From Candidatus Binataceae bacterium (GTDB lineage Bacteria > Desulfobacterota > Binatia > Binatales > Binataceae): a DNA stretch of 64,000 nt. The notes under the pieces are model-generated. The model did no database searches, had not been told where the DNA came from, and saw only the letters and a program-made list of their open reading frames with translations. A program made the position numbers and the translations under genes. The stretch is taken from the NCBI GenBank assembly GCA_030038355.1, contig JASHPB010000273.1, positions 5,183 through 69,182 of the forward strand, given 5' to 3'. Shown in pieces: positions 20,020 through 29,733 of the stretch (positions are counted from its first letter, which is position 1; each line of letters begins with the position of its first letter).

Positions 20020-20853
20020 TCAGGCGGACAGGAATCCGCGCACGATGCGTTCGAACTGGGTTGAATTCTCGGTCTCGGGCCGATGTCCGACTTTTTCGAT
20101 CAGCGCGACCTTAGCCGCGTCGCCAATGGCTCTCTTATAATCGTCGATACATCCGCGCGGCACGACGTGGTCGGCAGTCCCCCATATGAGCAGCGTCGGA
20201 GTCTTGAGCCCGCGCAAAAGATGCGGCAGCGCCGGATCGTGCATGTAGGGCTCCCATGCTATGCGTGCGGTTTCGGCGCGTGCATCCTCGAAGGCCTCGA
20301 ACACCTCCGGCGTCATCTCGCCGCCATAGAGGCGCGAGAACTCCGGCGTACCAGCGGGATCGGCGACGGTCGACAGCAGATGCGTCCGAATCGTGATCGG
20401 GAAGATATCCATGATCTCCCCTTCGCTGGGTTTGATACCCATCGGCGCGACCAAGATCATCTTCGAGAAGATGTGCGGATCGGCAGCCGCCATCTCGGCC
20501 GCGATGAAGCCGCCCGCCGAGAAGCCGATCACGTCGACCGGATCGAGCTTCATCTCGCGCACCACCTGTGCGTAAAACCCCGCGAGCTCGCGGTAGCTTC
20601 GCACCCAGTCGAGGCGGGGAGTTTTGCCGAAGCCAGGCTGGAGCGGAATCAGCAGCGTGCGCTCGTGGCCGAGGCTCTCGTTCCAGCTCATCCAGCCGGG
20701 ATAGCCAAGCTCGTCGTGAAACACGAGCAGCGGTTTGCCGCTGCCGCCCTTCACGATCGCGAGCTGAGCGCCGGCGATATTCTGGGATTCTTCCGTCGTT
20801 TTAATCACAGCTTCACCCTCGCATTCTGACGGCGCGTCAGTTGGCTTATCCAT
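20020..20853 (-). CDS. Alpha/beta hydrolase (paralogue of 26235-27029)
   Basis: 277 aa. GFSAGG nucleophile elbow, EAFEDARAETARIAW, C-terminal GH. There are 19 nt between its stop and the downstream LLM start. Confidence 0.9.
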   Translation of the reverse strand: MDKPTDAPSECEGEAVIKTTEESQNIAGAQLAIVKGGSGKPLLVFHDELGYPGWMSWNESLGHERTLLIPLQPGFGKTPRLDWVRSYRELAGFYAQVVREMKLDPVDVIGFSAGGFIAAEMAAADPHIFSKMILVAPMGIKPSEGEIMDIFPITIRTHLLSTVADPAGTPEFSRLYGGEMTPEVFEAFEDARAETARIAWEPYMHDPALPHLLRGLKTPTLLIWGTADHVVPRGCIDDYKRAIGDAAKVALIEKVGHRPETENSTQFERIVRGFLSA

Positions 20854-21057
20854 AGCACAGCTTGGGAATTTCCGTACCGCTCGCCGGCGGGCAGCTATTG
20901 ACCGGGAGCGACGATGAGGTCATTTAAATTTCGAAGATGGCGAGTGAGCAGACAAACAGACAGTTTACTTTTGTTCAACGACGCGTCGTGGAAAGGCGAA
21001 TAGTTGCATCGCTCGTTCGCTCGGCATTATATCGGGCGCTGGCTTAGCTCAACGCGA

Positions 21058-21732
21058 ATGGGAGGGAATGTGCGCGCATTACTGATTTTTTCGATCGTGG
21101 CCCTTACGTTTCTAACCGCCGGATGCGCCGGTCAGCAAGGCGGCGGGGCTTCGGGCGGCGGCGCGCAAGGTGCAAGCGCCCCGCCCGTCAATGCACCGAC
21201 CTACAGTGACGGCGATGAGTTCGCGATTCGGCTTGCACCCGAGATGGCGACGGCTCTTCAGCTTCCCGGCGATCTGGTCATGGTTGCGAAGCACGACGGC
21301 AATTCAGTCGTGTTCGCGAGCAAGCAGAGCGGTAATTCGGAAGCCGGAGCGTTGACGTTCGAAGTCGATCCGCAGATGTGTACGACTGTGTTCCAGTACA
21401 ACGACACGACTATCAAATTCCGTCCATGCGAGGAGGACATTCAGTTTCCGCTCACCGTGGGCAAAACGTGGACAGTTGTCTACGGCGCGTCGACAGGCGG
21501 CGGCAACTACATCCAGCAAACCGGGACGGGGACCGTGCTCGGAATCGAAGACGTGACGGTGCCGGCCGGGACTTTCAAGGCCTACAAGGTCGAGTCCCGC
21601 CACGGCCCAGATCTTCGAACTACCGAATGGTACGTGCCCGAACCCATCGGATTCTCGGTCAAGGTCGAGTCCACGGCGCCGACGGCGGCTAACTGGGAGC
21701 TCGTGAGTTACCATCGCGCAGGAAGCAAGTAG
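21058..21732 (+). CDS. Hypothetical lipoprotein
   Basis: Signal peptide with lipobox LTAGC and a Gly/Ala-rich linker, then a coherent beta-rich sequence. No family recognised. The start is ATG 21058 or GTG 21070. Confidence 0.6.
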   Translation: MGGNVRALLIFSIVALTFLTAGCAGQQGGGASGGGAQGASAPPVNAPTYSDGDEFAIRLAPEMATALQLPGDLVMVAKHDGNSVVFASKQSGNSEAGALTFEVDPQMCTTVFQYNDTTIKFRPCEEDIQFPLTVGKTWTVVYGASTGGGNYIQQTGTGTVLGIEDVTVPAGTFKAYKVESRHGPDLRTTEWYVPEPIGFSVKVESTAPTAANWELVSYHRAGSK

Positions 21733-21815
21733 TTTAGCGACCTGGGCGAAGAAGCCTTGAACATAACCGCCGAGGTTTCGCCTGGCTGTCATCCAGAACA
21801 GAGGCAGTGAATCGC

Positions 21816-22760
21816 TCAAGGTGAAGCTTTCGCGCTGAGACCGTCGAAGTGCGAGCCGATCAGCCCCGACTGCTCGTAATCCGCAAGCTGCTTGGCGTCG
21901 TGCGAGACGACAATATGCACTTCCGGATTCGCTGCCGCGAGGTCGTGCAGCGTCCGCAGTTCGGCTGTCACTTCCTCGCCGTTCTCGCCCATCCCCATCT
22001 CGGCAAGGCGCGGCCGGCATTTTGGGGTGCTGACTTGCTCCATGTCCCAGGCGACGTCGCCGATCAGCAGATACTCGGCGCCATCCGCGAGATGCACGTA
22101 AACGATCTGGCTTCCGGGCGTGTGGCCGGGAGCCTTGATCAGCACGACGCCCGGGGCGAGCGGATAGTAGTGCTTATATTCAATCGGATGCAGCGCCGAT
22201 CGAACGTTCTCAGGAAACTTGTTCGCTGTGAGCCACTTGTCGTCGTTGCGCTGCTCGCGCGTGAGCATCAGACGAGCTGCGAACGAGGATAGCCCCGGAT
22301 CCTGCGCGATGCCGCCAAGATGATCGGCGTGCTCGTGCGTAATGACGATCGCACGCGCCTGCTCTAACGCCTGCTGCTCAGCCTCAAAGTTCGCGGCATC
22401 GAACTGACCGCCCATCCGTGCGGCCCAGAACGCCGCTCCCGGCGGCGCATCGACGATGATCATCGAGCCGTCGGGATAGAGAATCTGGTAGCTCGGGAAC
22501 ACGACGTGATGCCGATCGAATCTGATGCCGCCGAGAAACAGCGCGGCGCGCGGATAAGCCTCGGCGATCGCGGCGGCGTTCAGATGCGCAGGCTTCCAAC
22601 CCGCTGACTGGTCGCCTAGCTTCCTGAGCGTCGCAAGGTCCAGTTGATAGTCGGAGTGATCAGGAATCGCCGGTCCTTGCAAGAGGAAAGCGACGATCAC
22701 GAGCGCGATCACGATCATGCTCGCGATCACAGCGCCGGCGATCTTGAAGAAGCGGGCCAC
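21816..22760 (-). CDS. MBL-fold metallo-hydrolase with N-terminal membrane anchor
   Basis: 314 aa with THEHADHLGG (HxHxDH) and a later GHTPG. The N-terminus is hydrophobic (IASMIVIALVIVAFLL). Confidence 0.85.
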   Translation of the reverse strand: MARFFKIAGAVIASMIVIALVIVAFLLQGPAIPDHSDYQLDLATLRKLGDQSAGWKPAHLNAAAIAEAYPRAALFLGGIRFDRHHVVFPSYQILYPDGSMIIVDAPPGAAFWAARMGGQFDAANFEAEQQALEQARAIVITHEHADHLGGIAQDPGLSSFAARLMLTREQRNDDKWLTANKFPENVRSALHPIEYKHYYPLAPGVVLIKAPGHTPGSQIVYVHLADGAEYLLIGDVAWDMEQVSTPKCRPRLAEMGMGENGEEVTAELRTLHDLAAANPEVHIVVSHDAKQLADYEQSGLIGSHFDGLSAKASP

Positions 22761-22762
22761 AG

Positions 22763-23218
22763 CTACGACCTCTCGACGCTGACGCCGAATTGTGTGATGA
22801 AGAGCGCGCAGCCGATCATCGCGAGCCCCTTCAGGAACATCGAGACGTTGACCGCTTTCATCACGGGATCGGTAAGCGTAACGATCGCAAGGCCGTGCAC
22901 GACGATCGTGACTGGAATGAGGAATAGCACGATCAGCCAGCCTCCAAGCCGCGGCCGATGATTGAAAAGAATTAACACCGCGCCCGCGAGCTCGACCGCA
23001 CCGGAAATCAACACCCAGAACGGGCGAAAGGGAATCGCCGGATGCATCAGGCTCGCGTAGTTCTGCATTGAGGTGAAATGCGTCACGCCCGACAGGAAGA
23101 AGATCAGCGTGAAGAGAATTCGCGCGACGATTGCAATTGCGGGGCTCAGGATTACGAGGTCGCCGGCTGCTGCTTGCGCAGCAATCGACCCGGAACGTGC
23201 TGCAGGGATTGAGCTCAT
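22763..23218 (-). CDS. DoxX-family membrane protein
   Basis: 151 aa with four hydrophobic helices and a DoxX-like LFTLIFFLSGVTHF motif. There are 2 nt between its stop and the MBL start. Confidence 0.75.
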   Translation of the reverse strand: MSSIPAARSGSIAAQAAAGDLVILSPAIAIVARILFTLIFFLSGVTHFTSMQNYASLMHPAIPFRPFWVLISGAVELAGAVLILFNHRPRLGGWLIVLFLIPVTIVVHGLAIVTLTDPVMKAVNVSMFLKGLAMIGCALFITQFGVSVERS

Positions 23219-23324
23219 TGCAGAGTCTTTATTGCTGCGTCATCGGTGCGTCAACGCGGGATCGTAGAGACGGTTTGGGGGCAGCCTGCATTCTCGCTAA
23301 CACGAAAACGGGAGGGCTAGCGCG

Positions 23325-24342
23325 ATGCCGAAGAGCACTGCCAAGATTCCTGCTCCGCTCCATGTCGCCTTGGACACGCTCTGGGGAGGATGGCGATCCT
23401 TTGCGCTCGCCGCGGCGGTCGAGCTCGACGTCTTTACAGCCATCAAGGAGGGCGCGACGACGGCGGCTCAGGGCGCGATTTCTGCCCGCGCGAACAATTC
23501 AGCAATGCGCCGGCTGCTCGATACGCTTGTTTCCATCAAGTACCTCACCCGTAACGGCGAGCGCTACGCGCTCACGCCCCAAGCCGCGGTTTTATCTGAC
23601 GCGTGGCAGCGAGTTCCACATGGAAGGCATCGAGAGGCTTACCAGCATGTAGATGATGGGATGGCCGCAGCTCGCGCAGGCGGTGAGAGGACTGGCCAAC
23701 CGACGATACCGACTGACGATTCGTCGCGGGCTGCGTTCTTCGCGATCCTGGTCAAGTGTATCTTTCCACTCAACTTTGCGGGCGCAACGGCCGCGGTCGC
23801 GAGCCTCAAATCTTCAGCTCGAGCGCGGATCAAGCGCGTGCTCGATGTTGCCGCGGGCGCGGCCGCATCTTCGATTCCGTTCGCTCAGGCAATCCGCGCC
23901 GCGACGATCACGGTTGTCGATTTGCCGGAAGTGACTCCGGTTACGCGCGACTATACCTCGCGCTTCGCCGTCGGCGACCGTTACGAATATCGCGAGGTTA
24001 ACCTTCGCGAGGTTGATTTCGGAAGCGGATACGACCTTGTGATACTTGGGCACATCATCCACGGCGAAGGGCGCGTATGGGGGCGGAAATTTATTGAACG
24101 CTCGAGTGCCGCGGTCCTGCAAGCGCAGGATGCTGCTCATCGCCGAGATGATCCCCAATGACGATCGCACAGGTCCTCCCCAGCCGATGTTATTCGGCCT
24201 CAATATGCTGCTGCACGCGCCTGATGGCGATGCCTTCACGATGAAAGAATATCGCGAATGGCTGAGAGCGGCGGGTTTCAAACAGGTCAAGACGATTCGT
24301 ACGCCGAGGGCGCCGTCGCCGTTGATTCTCGCGCAAAAGTAA
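23325..24342 (+). pseudogene. Class I SAM-dependent O-methyltransferase, disrupted (compensated +1/-1 pair plus a third frameshift)
   Basis: LDVAAGAAASSI SAM motif. The C-terminus MLLIAEMIPNDDRTGPPQPMLFGLNMLLHAPDGDAFTMKEYREWLRAAGF is in another frame (ORF 24046-24342), with the shift near 24117-24121. Between about 23592 and 23690 the family-like sequence YLTRGSEFHMEGIERLTSM*MMGWPQLAQAVRG is in the +1 frame. My hand count of GC at third positions is 27/34 there, against 15/33 in the open frame. Confidence 0.7.
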
Positions 24343-24442
24343 GCGGCCACTATCTCAGCAGTGGAGAAAAGCCTCGCGGTGAAGTAATGCTGGGGCTTCA
24401 GCAGTGTGAACGCGCCCTGCGCGTCGCAACCCTCACGGAGGA

Positions 24443-25003
24443 ATGCCGATGGTCGAAAGAAAACAGCGGGTGCCCTTTTGCGATATCTCCAAGCTCACCG
24501 CCGAAGAACGCGAGATGGCGGACCGGAACCAGGTCAACGGTAAGACGATCAACATCTTTCGCGTCCTGATGAACCATCCGCGGCTCACCCGCGCGTGGAC
24601 GCGCTTCGCCGGCTACATCCTGTCGGATCGGCAGACGCTCAAGCCGCGCGAGCGCGAAATGATCATCCTGCGCATCGGATGGCTGAATCAGTCGCCTTAC
24701 GAATTCGAGCAGCATGTCAGAATCGCGAAGCAGTCGGGACTCAGCGACGATGAAATCGATCGCATCACCAAAGGCTCGACAGCGGGGTGGAACGAGATCG
24801 ACGCGGCGCTGATTCAGGCGGCCGACGATCTTTTCGAGAATTCCATCGTTTCTGACGATACCTGGAAGACGCTGTCCGAGCGCTTTAGCACGCAGGAGAT
24901 GATGGACGTCGTTTTCACGATCGGCCAGTACAACCTGGTGTCGTGGGCGCTCAACAGTTGCGGCGTGCCGCTCGACGACTATCTGCCGGGAGCGAAGAAG
25001 TAG
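24443..25003 (+). CDS. Carboxymuconolactone decarboxylase (AhpD-like) family protein
   Basis: 186 aa. NIFRVLMNHPRL...W..F..YIL....L.PREREMIILRIGWLNQSPYEFEQH is recalled as CMD-family. Confidence 0.8.
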   Translation: MPMVERKQRVPFCDISKLTAEEREMADRNQVNGKTINIFRVLMNHPRLTRAWTRFAGYILSDRQTLKPREREMIILRIGWLNQSPYEFEQHVRIAKQSGLSDDEIDRITKGSTAGWNEIDAALIQAADDLFENSIVSDDTWKTLSERFSTQEMMDVVFTIGQYNLVSWALNSCGVPLDDYLPGAKK

Positions 25004-25009
25004 GGCGCT

Positions 25010-26062
25010 TCAGAGCTTCTGCGCGATCGACCAGCCGATGTGCGCGCCGCGCGCGGCGCGGTCGCCATGCTGGGCGGCATCGGGAGCACTCGCGGTGCCG
25101 ATCTTTGCGCGCATCGCGATGCCCTGTGCAATCGCGGCGGAGCGGAAGAACGCGAAGGCGACGAAGAACAGGAAATCCTCGACGTTCGGGCGTCCCACGT
25201 ATCGGCAATACGCGGCGAGATATTCATCTTCTCGCGGGATGCCTAGCGCCTTCAAATCCTGCCCCGCGAAGCTGAAGCCGTCGGTCTCGTCAGGAGGGTA
25301 ATGATAGCCGAGGCAGTTCCATGCGAGATCGGCGAGCGGATGCCCGAGCGTCGATAGTTCCCAATCGAGCACCGCGATGACGCGCGGTTCTTTCGGATGC
25401 AGGATCAGGTTGCCGAGCCGGAAGTCACCGTGCGCGATCGTGGTCTCGTCTTCCTGCGGGATGTGCCTTTCCATCCAGGCAATCAGCCGATCCATGTCGG
25501 GAATCGGACCGATCTCAGACGCCTTGTATTGCTTGGTCCAGCGCGCGACCTGCCGCGCGATGTAACCTTCCGGACGGCCGTAGTCGCCGAGACCGACGGC
25601 GCGGAAGTCCACCTTGTGCAGCCGCGCCATCGTGTGAACCATCGAATCGTAGACCGCCGCGCGATCGTCGCGCGTGAAGTTCGGCAGGAGCGGTTCAACC
25701 ATGATGCGCCCGTCGACGAAGTCCATGACGAAGAACGCTGTGCCGATGACGGCGGTGTCCTCGCATAAGAGGTAAGTGCGCGGCACGGGCACGTCGGTCG
25801 GCGCGAGCGCGGTCATGATGCGATACTCGCGCTCGACCTGGTGGGCTGACTGCAGGATCTCGCCGCTCGGCTTCTTGCGCATCACGAAGCGGCCGTCAGG
25901 CGATTCAAGCAGGAAGGTCGGATTCGATTGTCCTGTGAGAAACTGCGAGACGGTAAGCGGACCGCGAAAGCCCCGCATGCGTTCGAGCAGGTAGCACTCA
26001 AGGCTTCGCTCGTCGAAGCGGTGATTCTCGCGGACCGGCGTAGTCAATCCTTCGATAGGCAT
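25010..26062 (-). CDS. Phosphotransferase (APH/ACAD10-like kinase fold) family protein
   Basis: 350 aa with GQSNPTF, VMRKKP, the Brenner-like HGDFRLGNLILHP, and VLDWELSTLGHPLADLA. Confidence 0.85.
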   Translation of the reverse strand: MPIEGLTTPVRENHRFDERSLECYLLERMRGFRGPLTVSQFLTGQSNPTFLLESPDGRFVMRKKPSGEILQSAHQVEREYRIMTALAPTDVPVPRTYLLCEDTAVIGTAFFVMDFVDGRIMVEPLLPNFTRDDRAAVYDSMVHTMARLHKVDFRAVGLGDYGRPEGYIARQVARWTKQYKASEIGPIPDMDRLIAWMERHIPQEDETTIAHGDFRLGNLILHPKEPRVIAVLDWELSTLGHPLADLAWNCLGYHYPPDETDGFSFAGQDLKALGIPREDEYLAAYCRYVGRPNVEDFLFFVAFAFFRSAAIAQGIAMRAKIGTASAPDAAQHGDRAARGAHIGWSIAQKL

Positions 26063-26234
26063 AGGGGCGCTCCAACCGATTTCTTGAAGCTAGATGAAAG
26101 CGCGCGGAAAGCAAGCGTGCGCCGCGATCGATTGAGCCGCTTCGCGGGCTTGCAGATAAACCGGGCTGGATCGATTATACGGCCATCAACTAACCGAGCG
26201 GTATGTTGCCGCGTCCTGAGCGCGCGAGGTTCAG

Positions 26235-27029
26235 ATGGCAGTGAAAGATTCGGTCCGTGAGGAAACGATCAAGGTCGGCGGCGACGATCTGATCGTGGCG
26301 AGGGGCGGCTCGGGCAAACCGCTGCTCGTGCTGCATGAGGAGCTTGGCTGGCCCGGCTGGATGAAGTGGAACGAGGCTCTCAGCGAGAGCCGCTCGATGC
26401 TCACCCCGCTCTTCCCCGGCTTCGGCAAAACGCCGCGTGCCGAATGGATCCTGAACGTGCGCGACCTCGGATGCTTTCTTGCACGCTATCTTCGCGAGAA
26501 CAATCTCGCACCGATCGAAGTGATTGGGTTCTCGCTCGGCGGATGGATCGCGGCGGAGATGGCGGCCAACGATCCCGCGATCTTTTCGAAGCTCGTGCTC
26601 GTTGCGCCGGCGGGAATCCGTCCGCCCGAGGCCGAAATCTTTGACATGTTCACTGTGCCCGCGCTCATCTATCTGCGCGACTCGGTGCGCGACTCCAGGA
26701 ACACTCCGGAATTCTCGAAGCTCTACGATGGCGGCCTCTCGCCGGAGCAATACGAGGCGTTCGAAGATGCACGCGCGGAGACCGCGCGGCTCGCATGGCA
26801 GCCCTACATGTTCAACCCCAGCCTGCCGCACCTGCTCGATGGCACGCTGAAGGCGCCGACGCTAATTGTGTGGGGCAAGGACGATCACGTCGTGCCGATC
26901 ACCGCGGCCGCCGTTTATCAGCGCGCGATAAAAGGGTCGCGGCTCATCGCGTTCGATACCTGCGGTCATCGGCCTGAAGTCGAAAAATCCGATCAGTTCA
27001 TCAAGGAAGTGCGCAACTTTCTCGCCTAA
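26235..27029 (+). CDS. Alpha/beta hydrolase (paralogue of 20020-20853)
   Basis: 264 aa with GFSLGG elbow, EAFEDARAETARLAW, and GH near the C-terminus. Confidence 0.9.
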   Translation: MAVKDSVREETIKVGGDDLIVARGGSGKPLLVLHEELGWPGWMKWNEALSESRSMLTPLFPGFGKTPRAEWILNVRDLGCFLARYLRENNLAPIEVIGFSLGGWIAAEMAANDPAIFSKLVLVAPAGIRPPEAEIFDMFTVPALIYLRDSVRDSRNTPEFSKLYDGGLSPEQYEAFEDARAETARLAWQPYMFNPSLPHLLDGTLKAPTLIVWGKDDHVVPITAAAVYQRAIKGSRLIAFDTCGHRPEVEKSDQFIKEVRNFLA

Positions 27030-27047
27030 GCAGCGGAGGTATCGGTC

Positions 27048-28391
27048 ATGCACATAATGTGGTTCACCGAGCGGCAGTATCACTACGATCCTGAAGTTGA
27101 GCCCGACCGTAGCCTCCAACTCGAGCGGCAGATCCTCCGCAATCGAAGCTTTTTCGGCCTGCCCAATCAGAATTTCGATCCGCAGACAGGCTCGATGCTG
27201 CTGAATCAGTACCTCGACGAGAAAATTTACTCCGAGGAACTGGGGTTCGACGGCCTGATGTTGAATGAGCATCACGGAACGCCCTTCTGCCTCGGCTCGG
27301 TGATGGACGTCGAGGCTGCAGTGCTCGCGAAGGCGACCAAGCGCGCGAGAATCGTGTTGCTCGGAAATCCGGTCCCCACGGTCGCCAACGCGCTCCGCCT
27401 CGCGGAAGAGCTTGCCATGATCGATCTGATCTCCGGCGGGCGGTTGGTCCCCGGATGGGTGCGCGGCGCCGGCAGCGAGCAGCTCGCGAACAACGCTAAT
27501 CCCGCTTACAACCGCGAGTACTTCGAGGAGGGTGTCGAGTTTATCGTCAAGGCGTGGACGACGCCGGGGCCGTTCCGCTACGAGGGCAAGCACTTCCACT
27601 TCCGCTTCGTGAATCCGTGGGTGGTGCCGCTGCAGAAGCCGCATCCTCCTATCTGGATCCCGGGCCTCGTCAGCCCCGACACGGTCATCTGGTGCGCGAA
27701 GAAGCGCTATCCGTATATCGCGCTGGCGACGCGTCTAGAGCCTACTGTCGAGTTGTGGAACATGTACACCGATCAGGCCGCGCGCGAGGGTTACCAGGCG
27801 GGACCCGAGAATTTTGGTTATCTGCAGCCCGTCTTCGTCGCCGACAACCAGGCGCGCGCCGAAGAACTGGGCAAGCGCTTCCTCTACGGCGGCGCGTTCG
27901 CGCACTTCGCTCGGCCCGAGTGGATGTTCCCGCCGGGCTACAACTCCAAGGAAGCGACGCGGCGCATGGCGCGCCTCGCGCGCGATCCGAATCTGCCGGG
28001 CAAGCCGATTCACGAGGGCGGCGGCCACGAGACCGACGAAGAGCTCGAGGCGATTCGGCAGAGCATCTACGCTCGCTACGAGGACAGCAAGCGCGATCTC
28101 CAGATGATCGCGGGCACGCCGGATTACGTTATCCCGCGGCTCAACAAGGTGCTCGAGGTGCTGCGTCCTGGAATCTTCTCGTTCTGGCTCGATGGTCCAG
28201 TCGGATACCAGGATCGCGTGCGATGCCTCGAGATGCTGTCGAAGCATGTCGTTCCTGCGCTCCGCGAAACGGGCAAGAAGCTCGGCCTCGTTGATCCGTT
28301 CGAGCGTAAGCCCGGCTCGGTGCCGCTCGCAGCCGGCAGACCGGCGGAGCGCGTAGCTCAGCCTGATGCGCTCGCGTCGATGCCGGCGTAG
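27048..28391 (+). CDS. LLM-class flavin-dependent oxidoreductase (paralogue of 18678-20000)
   Basis: 447 aa with NEHHGTPFCLGSVMDVEA, GWVRGAGSEQ, NNANPAYNREYFEE, QKPHPPIWIPG. Confidence 0.9.
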   Translation: MHIMWFTERQYHYDPEVEPDRSLQLERQILRNRSFFGLPNQNFDPQTGSMLLNQYLDEKIYSEELGFDGLMLNEHHGTPFCLGSVMDVEAAVLAKATKRARIVLLGNPVPTVANALRLAEELAMIDLISGGRLVPGWVRGAGSEQLANNANPAYNREYFEEGVEFIVKAWTTPGPFRYEGKHFHFRFVNPWVVPLQKPHPPIWIPGLVSPDTVIWCAKKRYPYIALATRLEPTVELWNMYTDQAAREGYQAGPENFGYLQPVFVADNQARAEELGKRFLYGGAFAHFARPEWMFPPGYNSKEATRRMARLARDPNLPGKPIHEGGGHETDEELEAIRQSIYARYEDSKRDLQMIAGTPDYVIPRLNKVLEVLRPGIFSFWLDGPVGYQDRVRCLEMLSKHVVPALRETGKKLGLVDPFERKPGSVPLAAGRPAERVAQPDALASMPA

Positions 28392-28420
28392 CAAAACCAA
28401 CTTCGTCTTTTGAATAACCA

Positions 28421-28457
28421 CGATGCCCCGATTGATAGCCGGGGCATCGTCATTTTC
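28421..28457 (+). terminator. Rho-independent terminator after the LLM gene
   Basis: CGATGCCCCG-attgatagc-CGGGGCATCG (10-bp perfect stem) followed by TCATTTTC. Confidence 0.7.
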
Positions 28458-28849
28458 GACGTTGGGTATAGCTCAAAGATTGCGGGCGGCACGTCGGCGG
28501 TGCAGAAGAACATGATCGGCGAGCGCGTGCTGCAACTGCCGATGGGCTGAATGCGCGAACAATTGTGACTCGAAGGGCTTTATCTACTGCCGGTCGGCTA
28601 GCTCCGCGCCAAACGTTGTTCAGCGCGGTGCGCTCGGTGCTGTGTGTCGCGCCGGGGAAGCCGCACATATGCGACTGCCGTTCCCGACACCAAGGCGTGT
28701 AACGACCTGCTTGCTGACCACGCTCATCAGCTGGCTGCCATCGATCGCCGCCGCGCAGATCCTTCCGCATCCAATTCCCGGACCGCTCCAATGCGCGTCG
28801 CTGATGAGCGCTAGGAGAAGACGATAAGAGCGCACAAGCACACCTTGGC

Positions 28850-29727
28850 TCAGGAAATCGGGAAAGCGTTGTCAAGGACGGCTGCTACCAACCCAAGCCG
28901 CCGCTGCCACTCGGCAAGGTCCGCTCGAGCGGGATCAAGAACATCGCGACCCTTCTTCAGATCTGTCGGTGATACGCCCCGGCCTTCGCGACGATCTTCC
29001 GTCAGCTACGATTCGACGCCATTCACCCAGCCGCCGTTGACGCAAGATCTCAATATCGTCTGCGCGAACATCAGCAATTCGAGCCATCCCGCGCCGACGC
29101 TAACGCAGCAGGCCGAGTACGTCGTCTCGCAGGTCTTCAGGACGATCGACTACATGGACAACCAGGAGACGCGAACTGGTTCTCATTCACGGACCGACGG
29201 CACTAGTCCATCCAATTGGGAGAAGGCGATGGTCGCCGAGCCGATATTCACGACGACTCCGCATACAGCGACTGCTGTGAAAGCAGTCGGCAGTGGCAAA
29301 ACTCTGTTCGGACTAAAGACACCGGCAGCGAACCGATATCCGACTCACTATATCTGGCTCGGATCGCGAACCAGGGGGCGCTCTATCTCCACGAGGCGCG
29401 GCACGCGGCCAACCATGTTCCGCCGCCGAACACGCTCGATGGCTTTCCTTCATTCAACGGGTTGTCCGGTGCAAGGCACGCCGTTACCGCCTCATGCGAC
29501 AACACTTACGACGAGTCCAACCTCGCGCCCTACGGAGCGCAGTTCTGGCTTTTCCGCGGATGGCTGAACGGAACGCTTAAGGTTGGCTACGCCTGCATGG
29601 CGCCAGCCGATGTGCGATCGGTCTCGCGACTCTTCCAGCGCGGCGCCACCAGTTACATGCAGCGCCTCTGCACCAATCCGCCCGCCACGGTGCCGATGGC
29701 GCGACGCCGGGAGGAGCGTGTCCCTAG
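28850..29727 (+). pseudogene. Degraded gene for an HExxH-motif protein (at least 3 frame changes; 5' extent uncertain, could reach about 28500)
   Basis: Coding-like segments sit in three frames. They are VVKDGCYQPKPPLPLGKVRSSGIKNIATLLQICR* (28860-28970), YDSTPFTQPPLTQDLNIVCANIS...KTPAANRYPTHYIW (29000-29350) and LARIANQGALYLHEARHAANH...YGAQFWLFRGWLNGTLKVGYACMAP... (29350-29700). My hand count of GC at third positions in the last segment is about 66/88. There is no in-frame stop before the convergent gene. Confidence 0.4.
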
Positions 29728-29733
29728 TCGAGA

